Shown in pieces: positions 19,884 to 29,073 of a DNA stretch of 64,000 nucleotides. Every line of letters begins with the position of its first letter. Position 1 is the stretch's first letter. The position numbers and the translations under genes were made by a program. Source of the stretch: Ignavibacteriota bacterium (GTDB lineage: Bacteria > Bacteroidota > Ignavibacteria > UBA10030 > UBA6906); assembly GCA_963748405.1 (NCBI GenBank), contig CAVVIT010000002.1:276976-340975 (forward strand), given 5' to 3'. The notes below the pieces were generated by a model. It did no database searches and was not told where the DNA came from. It worked only from the letters and a program-made list of their open reading frames with translations.

Positions 19884-22499
19884 ATGGACCGACACTCACT
19901 TCCGCTCCTCCCCGCCGCCGGCCTCATCCTGTCGCTGGGCATACTGCCGGGGTGCGGGACCGAGCAGTCTCCCCAGCAGATGCGGGCCGACAGCGCGCTC
20001 ACCGCAGGGAAGAACGCCCTCGTGCACGACGATTTCCGCACCGGGAAGGACGAAATTCTCTCCGCCCTCGCCCTCGACGAGGGACTCAACCGGAGGGCGC
20101 GCGTCGCGGAAGAAACGCGGCTTCTCGGCGACATCGCGGCCGCGGGGGCGTCCTTCGACAGCGCCTTTGCCTGGTACGCCCTCTCCTCCGGCGATTTCAA
20201 GGGACTTGCGGACAGGAGCGGCGTGCGCGACATTACGCTGCGCGTCGCCGCCCTCCGCCGGAAAATGGGGGAGGAGCGGGCGGCGTTCACCATGTACGTC
20301 GAGGCGCTCCGACTTGCGCGCGTCTTTCACGACGACGAGGGGGTGCGGGACATCCAGTGGGCGATGCTTCCCTGCGCCCGCGCGCTCGACGAGAAGGAAA
20401 CGGAATCCGACATCATCAGGGAGCTTCTCGAAGGGTATACCGCCTCGGGCGACGTCGCGCACCAGGCCGCGGTGCTTCTCGCCTCGGGAGACGGGAAAAC
20501 CGCCCGTCGGTCGTTCGACAGGGGGGCGGAAGACTACCTTCGCGCCTTCATGCTCGCCGATCAGGCCCGGGACTCGCTTCTTGCCGTGCGCTCCGCGCTC
20601 CGCCTGGCGATGGCGCTTGAAGGAGCGGGGAGGCTTCGCGATGCGCTCACGAACTACGCGGAGTGCCTCAAACGGGCCGACAGGACGCGGGGGGCGGCCG
20701 AACTCCGGCTGGAGGCCCTCGTGCGTGTGGGAAACCTGTATCTGAGAGGGAGACAGTTCGCGGAGGCGGCCCGTTTCTTCCATGCCGCCCTCTCGTCGGC
20801 ACACGCCATGGGAAACACGGTGGCGGAAGGATACCTCCTCCTGCAGCTCGGCAATTGCGACGTGGAATCGTCCCGCGATGCCGCCCTCCGGTCGTACAAG
20901 GCGGGGATGGAGCAGCTCCGCGCCGCGGGATCGGGCGCGGGACAGGCGTACTCGTCGCTCTGCCTGGGGAACCTCTTTCTCAAGAACAACCAGCCGACGG
21001 ACGCGCTGGCGTACTTCAAGAAAGGGATCGAGCAGGGCGAAATGACGGCCGGGAGCCGCCCCGACGACGATCTTTTTCTCGCCTGCGAGCAGGCGTACTT
21101 CGGCGCCCGCCGCACCCCCCTGTACGACGAGGCGATCGACATCCTGCTCCAGCTCGGCCGTTACGATGAGGCCTTCTGGTACGCCGACCGGCGGAACAAC
21201 AGGGAACTCGAAAGCGTGCTGGGAGAACTCGATGCGCAGCCCGCCGACGATTCGCTCCGTTCGCTCCTCGGGTCGTTCAGGGATGCGCGTTCGCGGGAGG
21301 TCGGTGCGGAGCGCCGCTGTCTCGAAATTGCCGCGCAGGGGGGGAAAGGGGCGGAACTCGCCGCCGGCGCCAGGGCGGAGCGGGAGAAAGCCTTCGCCGC
21401 CGTGAACGAGGCCGCCGAAGCGGTCGTCCGGAGGGACAGGGCATACGAGCCCTTCGTGAGGATCACGAGCGTCGGGCTGACCGAGGTTCAGAAGGCCCTC
21501 CCGCCGGGGGCCGCGCTCGTCGAGCACATCGTGACGCGTCGCTCGCTCTACTCGTTCGTCGTCACCTCCGCCCGTTCCGGCGTCTATGTCGCGGCGTTTG
21601 AAAAAGACAGGGTATACGATCTTGCGAAGGAATTCACGGACCTCCTCCGGCTCCGTGTTGCGTACGTCGACTCCTCGGAGCCGCAGCAGACGGCCATCAA
21701 CGCGCGCTTGCGGGAGTTGAACGCCCCCCTGTACGAGGCGTTCATACAGCCGATCGAATCCGCCATCGCAGGGGCGGGGGACCTGTACGTCGTTCTCCCG
21801 CAGGAGGCCGCCGCACTTCCCCTGCACGCCCTTGCTCGCGGAACCGGTCGGACGGGGGCGTTCGTCGCGGAGGCGCACGCCGTGAGTTATATTCCCTCGG
21901 CGAGCTCCCTTCTCCTTCCCCGCCTTAAGAGCCCGCAGGTCAAGGAGGTGGTCGGACTGGGGTGTCCCGGGGGGACATCCTGGGACGTGGAATACGAATT
22001 GAGGGACATCAGGGCGTTCTACAAAGACGTGCGCCTGTACTTCGACAGGCAGGCGTCGCTTGCGACGCTCCAGAAGGAAAACGAAGATCTTCTTCACCTG
22101 GCCGTCCGGTTCAGCTTCAACGACCCGCGGCCGGGAAACTCCTTCATCACGCTGTCGGACGGCGAATCCGCCGAATCCACCCGTCACATCCCGCTGGGGG
22201 AGCTCCTGTCCCTCCCGCGCATCCCCGCCGTCGTCGTGTCGGATCTCGACGACAGCCGGCTGGGCGTGAGGCCCGCCGAGCCGTACCTGTTCCTGGCGAA
22301 CGGAACGCAGGAAGTCGTCTTCACGTCGATCGTTCCCTCGCGCATCGCGAAGAAATTCTTCGGAGAGATATTCTACACGGCGCTCCTGGCGGGCGCCGAT
22401 GTCCGCAGCGCGTACAGGAAGGCGCAGCTCGAGATGATACGCACGGCGGAGTACTCCTCGCCGTTCACGTGGGCGCCGTTTGTCCTCTGGGGAAGATAG
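19884..22499 (+). CDS. TPR-repeat / CHAT-domain lipoprotein (CHAT catalytic dyad apparently substituted)
   Basis: Lipobox LPGC after the signal peptide; TPR-like central region; C-terminal CHAT-like tail (...AYRKAQLEMIRT...PFTWAPFVLWGR) but HLAVRF and VVVSDLDD where HLAtHG and LSAC are expected. Confidence 0.7.
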   Translation: MDRHSLPLLPAAGLILSLGILPGCGTEQSPQQMRADSALTAGKNALVHDDFRTGKDEILSALALDEGLNRRARVAEETRLLGDIAAAGASFDSAFAWYALSSGDFKGLADRSGVRDITLRVAALRRKMGEERAAFTMYVEALRLARVFHDDEGVRDIQWAMLPCARALDEKETESDIIRELLEGYTASGDVAHQAAVLLASGDGKTARRSFDRGAEDYLRAFMLADQARDSLLAVRSALRLAMALEGAGRLRDALTNYAECLKRADRTRGAAELRLEALVRVGNLYLRGRQFAEAARFFHAALSSAHAMGNTVAEGYLLLQLGNCDVESSRDAALRSYKAGMEQLRAAGSGAGQAYSSLCLGNLFLKNNQPTDALAYFKKGIEQGEMTAGSRPDDDLFLACEQAYFGARRTPLYDEAIDILLQLGRYDEAFWYADRRNNRELESVLGELDAQPADDSLRSLLGSFRDARSREVGAERRCLEIAAQGGKGAELAAGARAEREKAFAAVNEAAEAVVRRDRAYEPFVRITSVGLTEVQKALPPGAALVEHIVTRRSLYSFVVTSARSGVYVAAFEKDRVYDLAKEFTDLLRLRVAYVDSSEPQQTAINARLRELNAPLYEAFIQPIESAIAGAGDLYVVLPQEAAALPLHALARGTGRTGAFVAEAHAVSYIPSASSLLLPRLKSPQVKEVVGLGCPGGTSWDVEYELRDIRAFYKDVRLYFDRQASLATLQKENEDLLHLAVRFSFNDPRPGNSFITLSDGESAESTRHIPLGELLSLPRIPAVVVSDLDDSRLGVRPAEPYLFLANGTQEVVFTSIVPSRIAKKFFGEIFYTALLAGADVRSAYRKAQLEMIRTAEYSSPFTWAPFVLWGR

Positions 22500-22535
22500 C
22501 GTGAGCGGGAGTGCGGGGAGAGGGGAGTCCAGCCT

Positions 22536-23426
22536 TCAGCGGCGGCGGATCTTCACGCTTCCGAGACCGGAATCGATCCTGATGTTCATCTTCCCGGAAG
22601 CGGAATAGTAGTTCTCGCTCGTGTAGGCGTTGTCGGCCGTCTCGCGGAAATCTTCGGGAGTATTGACCTTCGATGCCCACGTCTTGTCGTACGTGACGCG
22701 TGCGCCGATGTCCCGGGGGATGTACATCGTCAGGACGCCGAGTCCGACTTCGATGTCCACGTCAACCTCCGAGGAGAGCTGTCCGCCGAAATCGAGCGTG
22801 TAGGCGCCCACCCCCCCCTGGAAGTGAAAACGCTTGAAGTTGGCGTTGCAGAGATTCCTCCCGTCGAACTTGCTCACGCCCGACTCGACGCTCAAGTTGT
22901 CGATCGAGCCCCTGTTCGGCTCGTCGAAAGCCAGCGAAACGTCGCTTGCGCCGGTTGAGAGATTGAAGTCCTTCACCTGCAGTCCGGAGAGGTCGAAATC
23001 CCCCTTCCCCACGCCGAGCTCGACGTCGAAGGAAATGGGAACGGCGTCGCTGAACTTCAGAAACCACTTCCCCCCCTCGAAATTCGCCAGGTGGAACCCC
23101 CGGCGATCGCCGTTGTGGTCGCGGCTCCCCTCGCCGAGCGAAAGGTCCATGAACCCCACCCGGTTCCGGATCGCGTAATCCATTGCGATCCTGGGATTGC
23201 CGTTGTCCTTTGACTCCCCCGTGATGATCACGATCTTTTCCGATTTGCCGCGGGAGATGAGCACCGATCCGAACGAGGAGGTGAGCGTCACCTTCAGTTC
23301 CTTCTCCGTTGTCCGCCCCACCTCGCGGTCCTTCCCCTCGTCCTGCGGCGGCGGAGTCGCGCGTGCCGCTCCGCCGAAGAGCGCGGTCAACACCGCGGTG
23401 CCTATAAATGTACGGAGGCCGTTCAT
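22536..23426 (-). CDS. DUF4097 (putative adhesin / anti-sigma-associated) domain protein, secreted
   Basis: 296 aa. Signal peptide; Gly/Asp-rich repetitive beta-helix-like units; 57 bp downstream of the ECF sigma gene on the same strand. Confidence 0.65.
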   Translation of the reverse strand: MNGLRTFIGTAVLTALFGGAARATPPPQDEGKDREVGRTTEKELKVTLTSSFGSVLISRGKSEKIVIITGESKDNGNPRIAMDYAIRNRVGFMDLSLGEGSRDHNGDRRGFHLANFEGGKWFLKFSDAVPISFDVELGVGKGDFDLSGLQVKDFNLSTGASDVSLAFDEPNRGSIDNLSVESGVSKFDGRNLCNANFKRFHFQGGVGAYTLDFGGQLSSEVDVDIEVGLGVLTMYIPRDIGARVTYDKTWASKVNTPEDFRETADNAYTSENYYSASGKMNIRIDSGLGSVKIRRR

Positions 23427-23483
23427 GTTCTCACCTGAGCTCTACCGGAGTGTACGGAATCCTGGCCCGGGAGTTGCGATGCC

Positions 23484-24134
23484 CTAATAATGGCGTATTT
23501 TGCCCCTCAGCTGCTTGTACAGGAGTTCGCGGGCGCGGAATATGTGGGCTTTGACGGTCCCGATGGGGAGCTTCAGCATCCTGGCGATTTCTTCGTAGCT
23601 CCGTTCCTCGACGTGCCGGAGGCGGATCACCAGCCGGTACTTTTCGGGGAGCTGGTCGATCGCCTGGTTGAGCATCACCGCGCGCTGGTCGCTGATCAGC
23701 TCCCGGTCGGCCTCGTACGAATCATCCGGGAGCTCGAACGTGAAATCGCTGTCCTTCGACTCGATCGGCTTGTCGATCGAGAACATCTGGAGCTTCTTCT
23801 TCCGGATGTAATCGATGCAGTTGTTCGTCGCGATCTTGTACAGCCAGGTCGAAAACGCGTATTCCTCGTTGAAGCTCTTGAGGGAGGCGAACGCCTTGAT
23901 GAACGCTTCCTGGGTCAGATCCTCGACCTGTTCCCGGTCCCGGACCATCCTGTAGATGAAGTTGAATATGGCGTCGTGATACTTGTCCATCAGCCGCTGG
24001 TACGCCCTGTCGTGGCCGGCGAGCGCGTCGGCGATGATCGCGGAATCCTCGGAACGGGAATCAGGCTTGCGCGGGGAGGGGGCGGGTGACGGTTTCGAGC
24101 GGGCAGCCTTATGTGGCCGGGTCGGGGTGGGCAT
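23484..24134 (-). CDS. RNA polymerase ECF (sigma-24/sigma-E type) sigma factor
   Basis: Region-2 (YRMVRDREQVEDLTQEAFIKAF) and region-4 (SYEEIARMLKLPIGTVKAHIFRAR) motifs. Pro/basic-rich ~35-aa N-terminal extension if ATG 24134 is used. Confidence 0.8.
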   Translation of the reverse strand: MPTPTRPHKAARSKPSPAPSPRKPDSRSEDSAIIADALAGHDRAYQRLMDKYHDAIFNFIYRMVRDREQVEDLTQEAFIKAFASLKSFNEEYAFSTWLYKIATNNCIDYIRKKKLQMFSIDKPIESKDSDFTFELPDDSYEADRELISDQRAVMLNQAIDQLPEKYRLVIRLRHVEERSYEEIARMLKLPIGTVKAHIFRARELLYKQLRGKIRHY

Positions 24135-24262
24135 GGAAGGAGAAATCTACAGAAACGGGGCCTCACTATCAAGCTGAGGCCGGCGCTCTCTGCCGGCCGA
24201 AGCGGCGCCCCGCGGCACACGCGCCGTGTTGATTCGCGGTGCGGAAATCGCTATGTTACGCC

Positions 24263-24901
24263 ATGTTCCTGACATTTGAGGGAGTCGACTGCAGCGGCAA
24301 GACGACGCAGGCGGCCATACTTGTCGATGCGCTGCGCGCCGCGGGCGGAACGCGCGTTCACGTTATCCGCGAACCCGGCGGGACGGCGATATCCGAACGG
24401 CTCCGTGAGATCCTCCTGGACAGAAGCAACCTTGAACTGTCGGACCTCACGGAGCTGTTTCTCTTCTCGGCGAGCCGTGCCCAGCTTGTCCGCGATATCA
24501 TCCTTCCGGCGCTCGGGCGCGGCGAGATCGTCGTCTGCGACCGGTTCTACGACTCCACGACGGCGTACCAGGGGTACGGGCGCGGGCTGGACCTGGAGGC
24601 CGTCCGGATGATCAACAGCGTGGCGACGGGGGGAACCGATCCGGATCTCACCGTTCTCGTCGACATCAGCGTCGGCGAGATCCAGGCGCGCAAGGCCGCC
24701 TCGGGGAAAGGGACGGACCGGATGGAGAGCGCGGGGAGGGAGTTCTATGAGAGGGTGCGGGGAGGGTACCTGGCGATCGCGCGCGGGAACCCGGAGAGAT
24801 TCGTGGTGATTGACGGCATGCGGAGTGTGGAGGACATCGCGCGCGACGTACGCCGCGCGGTCGAAGAACGGTACGGGCAACTACACAGGGAGGAGAGGTG
24901 A
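24263..24901 (+). CDS. tmk: thymidylate kinase
   Basis: MFLTFEGVDCSGKTTQ P-loop; DRF/Y motif. Confidence 0.85.
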   Translation: MFLTFEGVDCSGKTTQAAILVDALRAAGGTRVHVIREPGGTAISERLREILLDRSNLELSDLTELFLFSASRAQLVRDIILPALGRGEIVVCDRFYDSTTAYQGYGRGLDLEAVRMINSVATGGTDPDLTVLVDISVGEIQARKAASGKGTDRMESAGREFYERVRGGYLAIARGNPERFVVIDGMRSVEDIARDVRRAVEERYGQLHREER

Positions 24902-26568
24902 AGACGATGAAGGCGACGTGGAAACGGGGCACGACATGGCTTGCGGCGGCGGGGTTCGCATTGCTGTTGCTCAGCGGAGGGTTCATACTGCTTCCCGACA
25001 CGGATCTCTATCTCAGGATCAACAAGGGGATCGACGTGTTCGGCCGGGTGTACAGGGAGATCGCGGTGAATTACGTCGACGAAATCGACCCGGAAAAATT
25101 CATGCAGGCGGGAATCGACGGGATGCTCGGCACGCTCGATCCCTACACGGTGTACATCGACAAGGAAGAGGGGGACGAGGTCGATCTCCTGACCACCGGC
25201 AAGTACGGCGGCATCGGGGTCACGATCGGCGTCCGGGACGGCGTCCTGAAGGTCATCACGGTGATGGACGGGTATTCCGCGCAGCGCGCCGGCATCATAC
25301 CGGGGGACAGGCTCCTGGAAGTCGGCGGCGTGACCGTCGGCGCGAAGAAGCCGGATGAGGTGCGCAGCCTCACCCGGGGGGAGCCGGGGACGGAAGTCAA
25401 AGTCGTCATCGAACGGGAAGGCATCGCCAAACCCGTCGAGTTCACGCTGATCCGCGAAGAGATCCAGGTCAAGAACGTGACCTACGCGGGATTCATCGGC
25501 AACGGGATCGGGTACATACGGCTCGAGCGGTTCTCCCGGAAGGCGGGGGAAGAGGTGCGGGAGGCGATCACGGAGATGAAGATCCAGGGGGAGATCAAGG
25601 GTCTCGTCCTTGACCTCCGCGGCAATCCCGGGGGGCTTCTTGACGCGGCGGTCGAAGTCGTCAGCAAGTTCGTTCCGCGCGGGAGCCTCATCGTCTCGAC
25701 GCGGGGACGCAGGCCCGAGGCGGACAAGGAATACCGCTCGACGGAGGATCCACTCCTTCCCTCCACGCCGCTCGTCGTTCTCACCGACAGGGGAAGCGCA
25801 AGCGCCAGCGAGATCGTGGCGGGGGCGCTGCAGGACCTGGACCGTGCCCTCATCGTCGGGACCCGGACGTTCGGCAAGGGGCTCGTGCAGACGATACTCC
25901 CGCTCAACTTCGGCGCGCAGCTCAAGATCACCACCGCCCGCTACTACATTCCCAGCGGGAGGAGCATCCAGGAGATCGACTACCAGCACAGGGACCGGAA
26001 CGGGGTGTTCGCCACGGTGCCGGACAGCCTGCGGCGGGAGTTCAGGACGTCCCGGGGGCGCAAGGAGTTCGAATTCGGCGGGATCGCCCCCGACTCCGTC
26101 GTCAGGGACGAAGACGTCGGGCCCATGGTCCGGGAGCTCATCAAGAGGGCGCTCCTCTTCAAGTTCGCCAACAGCTACATCGGCGATCACAAGGGGGAGA
26201 AGATCACCGGCGTCGACGAAACGATCCTGAAGGCGTTCCGCGCCTTTCTCGAGAAGGAACAATTCGACTACCAGGAGGACATGGAGGGAAAGATCTCCGA
26301 GCTTCGTCAGCTCGCCGAGCGGTCGCACTACACGAAGGACGTGTCCGAGACGCTGGACCGGCTGGAGCTCACGTTGAAGAAAGAAAAGACGCACGGGTTC
26401 GACAGGTACGAAGACCACATTACCAACGAGCTCAACATCGAGATCATGGCCCGGCTGCAGGGTGACCGGGGGCGCATCGAGGCGTCGCTGAAGAACGACC
26501 TTCCGCTTCTGACCGCCGAAGGGCTGGTGAAGGACCGGAAAGCGTATTCGAAAAAACTCGGACTCTGA
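24898..26568 (+). CDS. ctp: carboxyl-terminal processing protease (S41 family) with PDZ domain
   Basis: PDZ domain (GIIPGDRLLEVGG), S41 catalytic region (TDRGSASASEIVAGAL...GKGLVQ). GTG start overlapping the tmk stop. Confidence 0.85.
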   Translation: MKTMKATWKRGTTWLAAAGFALLLLSGGFILLPDTDLYLRINKGIDVFGRVYREIAVNYVDEIDPEKFMQAGIDGMLGTLDPYTVYIDKEEGDEVDLLTTGKYGGIGVTIGVRDGVLKVITVMDGYSAQRAGIIPGDRLLEVGGVTVGAKKPDEVRSLTRGEPGTEVKVVIEREGIAKPVEFTLIREEIQVKNVTYAGFIGNGIGYIRLERFSRKAGEEVREAITEMKIQGEIKGLVLDLRGNPGGLLDAAVEVVSKFVPRGSLIVSTRGRRPEADKEYRSTEDPLLPSTPLVVLTDRGSASASEIVAGALQDLDRALIVGTRTFGKGLVQTILPLNFGAQLKITTARYYIPSGRSIQEIDYQHRDRNGVFATVPDSLRREFRTSRGRKEFEFGGIAPDSVVRDEDVGPMVRELIKRALLFKFANSYIGDHKGEKITGVDETILKAFRAFLEKEQFDYQEDMEGKISELRQLAERSHYTKDVSETLDRLELTLKKEKTHGFDRYEDHITNELNIEIMARLQGDRGRIEASLKNDLPLLTAEGLVKDRKAYSKKLGL

Positions 26569-27371
26569 TGGACATCGGTGCCGGGGCGCTGCTTCTTCTG
26601 GCGGGACTCGCCGCCGGGTTTCTCGCGGGGGTGTTCACCATCGGGGGAGGGATCGTGCTCGTTCCCGTCCTCCTGCTGTACGGCCACCTCACCGGCGTGT
26701 CGTCGCTTGTCTCCACGCACGTTGCCATGGGGACCAGCCTCCTCGTCGTTGCGATCGCCTCGGGCGCACTTGCCTGGGACTACCGGAGAACGGACCATGT
26801 GATCGCCAGGGCGGTGCTGTTCATGGCGCCGGCGGGCGTCGCGGGGTCGTTCCTGGGGAGCGGCATTGCCGCGGGTATGGAGGGGACGTCGCTGCGGAAG
26901 ATTTTCGGGTTCATTCTTCTCGTCGCGGCCGCCAGGCTCTTTGCGGGGAGGAGGAAACCGGGAAAAGACCGGGAGCCGGAGATCGCCGCCGCGCCTCTCC
27001 TGGGAACCGGCCTCCTTGTGGGTATCATCTCATCGCTGAGCGGCGAGGGGGGCGCGCTCCTCGCCGTCCCCCTTCTTTACACGTACATGCATTTCCCGCT
27101 CAGGAAGGCCGTGGGCACGTCGGCCGCGGCGGTCGCCGTGACGGCTCTTGCAGGGGGGGCGGGGTATCTGATCAGGGGATGGGGAAACGCGTTCCTGCCG
27201 CCGGGGATGCCGGGGTTCATCGACTGGCAGCCGGCCATCCCTCTCGTGCTGGGAGCCGTTCCGGGCGTGCTGATCGGCGCGCGCGCCGCGGCGAAAGCCG
27301 ACACGGGTCCCCTCCGCACGACGTACGCGGTCATCCTCCTTGTCGTCATGCTCCGGATGTTCTTTTACTAG
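26568..27371 (+). CDS. TauE/SafE (DUF81) family sulfite/anion exporter
   Basis: 267 aa. 7-8 transmembrane segments with the duplicated Gly-rich TauE pattern. Confidence 0.75.
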   Translation: MDIGAGALLLLAGLAAGFLAGVFTIGGGIVLVPVLLLYGHLTGVSSLVSTHVAMGTSLLVVAIASGALAWDYRRTDHVIARAVLFMAPAGVAGSFLGSGIAAGMEGTSLRKIFGFILLVAAARLFAGRRKPGKDREPEIAAAPLLGTGLLVGIISSLSGEGGALLAVPLLYTYMHFPLRKAVGTSAAAVAVTALAGGAGYLIRGWGNAFLPPGMPGFIDWQPAIPLVLGAVPGVLIGARAAAKADTGPLRTTYAVILLVVMLRMFFY

Positions 27372-28053
27372 GCGCGGAGCGGGCGCCCTTCTCGTTCTTC
27401 TTCTTCATCCCCAGCGACGAACTGATCGTTCCCACGACCTTCTCCAGGTCTTCCTTCCTGTTCACAAAATCGACGGCATCGGATTCGATCACCAGGAGGG
27501 GTCCCCGCCTGTAGCGGGTGATCCACGATTCGTAGTGGCGGTTGAGCTGTTCCAGGTACTCCCTCTGGATCGTCTGTTCGAAGTCCCGGCCCCGGAGGGA
27601 GATCTGCCGGACGAGCGTATCGACGTTCGCGCGGAGATAGATGAGAAGATCGGGAGGGCGGAGGTATTCCGTCATCACCTCGTACAGGGCGACGTAGTTT
27701 TCGTAGTCGCGCTTCTCCATGTTGCCGATCTCATAGAGGTTGCGCGCGAAGATCTCCGCGTCCTCGTAAATGGCGCGGTCGAGTATCACCGACTCGGGTC
27801 CCTCCGTGATCGATTTGTGGCTCCGGAACCTGTTGGAAAGAAAGTAGACCTGGAGGTTGAACGACCACCGCTTCATGTCCCGGTAGAAATCGGTCAGGTA
27901 GGGATTGTCCTCCACGGACTCGAAGTACGGCTTCCAGCCGAACCTCGAGCTGAGGATTCCGGTAAGGGAGGATTTTCCGGAACCGATGTTTCCCGCCACG
28001 GCGATGAAGAATTTCTTCGTCCGTGCCTTTCGTGAACGCGTCATCGTTTTCAT
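27346..28053 (-). CDS. deoxynucleoside kinase (dAK/dGK/dCK family)
   Basis: P-loop AVAGNIGSGKSS; E-R-S, DRF-like motifs. ATG 28053 overlaps the upstream stop as ATGA. Confidence 0.8.
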   Translation of the reverse strand: MKTMTRSRKARTKKFFIAVAGNIGSGKSSLTGILSSRFGWKPYFESVEDNPYLTDFYRDMKRWSFNLQVYFLSNRFRSHKSITEGPESVILDRAIYEDAEIFARNLYEIGNMEKRDYENYVALYEVMTEYLRPPDLLIYLRANVDTLVRQISLRGRDFEQTIQREYLEQLNRHYESWITRYRRGPLLVIESDAVDFVNRKEDLEKVVGTISSSLGMKKKNEKGARSAPSKRTSGA

Positions 28054-28934
28054 TGTGGGGAGTGGAGTAGTTGAAAGAGGCGTTCCAGTGCGTCGAGGGC
28101 GCGGGGGCCCGGCCGGGAGAGAATGTCCGCGTCGACCCGGAACACGCGGCCGCTGCGGACGGCTTCGACGTTTTCCCATTCCGGGAACAACCGGGTGAGC
28201 GGCGCGTCCGGGGGAAGAATGTCGGACGTCACGACGATCGCTTCCGGATTGTCGGCGATGACGTTTTCCCTGCTGTACGAAGGATACGTCCCGCGGGCGC
28301 GCGCGGCAAGATTGATCCCCCCCGCCGCGCGGACCAGCTCATCGATGAACGTATTGCTTCCCGCGCACATCAGGGGTTGCAGGGAAACGAGCAGGAGCAC
28401 CCGGACGGGGGGCTTCCCCGCGGCGGCCTTCCGCACGGCGGCTTCGCGCGAGGAGAGGCTCGCGACGAGACGCCGCGCGTTCTCCTCCATCCCGGTGAGC
28501 GTTCCGAGCGCGCCGAGAGAGCCGTAGATGTCCTCCAGCATCCTGGGGTTGCTCACGTAGACGGGGATGCCGAACGACACGAGCTTCCGGAAATCCTCCC
28601 GGATATTCCCTTCCATGCTGAGAACGACGAGGTCCGGCTCGAGGCCCACGACTGCCTCGATGCTCGGGTTCGTCATTCCCCCCACGTGCGCCCTGTGAGC
28701 GGCCTCGGGAGGATAATCGCAGAAATCCGTCACTCCCTTCACCCGGTCTCCGGCGCCGATGGCGAAAAGGCACTCCGTGATGCTGGGTGCGAGCGAAACG
28801 ATCCGCCCGGCCGGACGCGCAATCTGGACCGGCCGGTGGAGGTCATCCACCACGCTGATCTGTGCGCGGACTCCGGTACAAAAGAACAGAATCGGGGCGA
28901 TGGCGGCGACGAGAGGGACCCTGCGGAAACGCAT
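28050..28934 (-). CDS. ABC transporter periplasmic substrate-binding protein, class III (BtuF/FhuD-like)
   Basis: Signal peptide; IVSLAPSITE...DLVV motifs typical of cobalamin/siderophore binding proteins. No partner permease or ATPase in the window. Confidence 0.7.
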   Translation of the reverse strand: MRFRRVPLVAAIAPILFFCTGVRAQISVVDDLHRPVQIARPAGRIVSLAPSITECLFAIGAGDRVKGVTDFCDYPPEAAHRAHVGGMTNPSIEAVVGLEPDLVVLSMEGNIREDFRKLVSFGIPVYVSNPRMLEDIYGSLGALGTLTGMEENARRLVASLSSREAAVRKAAAGKPPVRVLLLVSLQPLMCAGSNTFIDELVRAAGGINLAARARGTYPSYSRENVIADNPEAIVVTSDILPPDAPLTRLFPEWENVEAVRSGRVFRVDADILSRPGPRALDALERLFQLLHSPQ

Positions 28935-29073
28935 GGAGCAATATAGCGCCGGCTCCCTCCAGAATCAAGGATGTCACCGTCCCGGTGAGCCGCCGCGCGG
29001 TGCGCCGGGCGCATTGACTTTCCTGCGATTTTTGCGGTAATTCCTCTTTCGTCAACAACGCGCAAGAAGAGAA

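Noticed and set aside
28935-29073. Possible cobalamin riboswitch upstream of the BtuF-like binding-protein gene
   Set aside because: The intergenic region is only ~139 bp and shared with the divergent murA promoter, and it has no B12-box (GCCACTG-like) or other recognisable riboswitch core.
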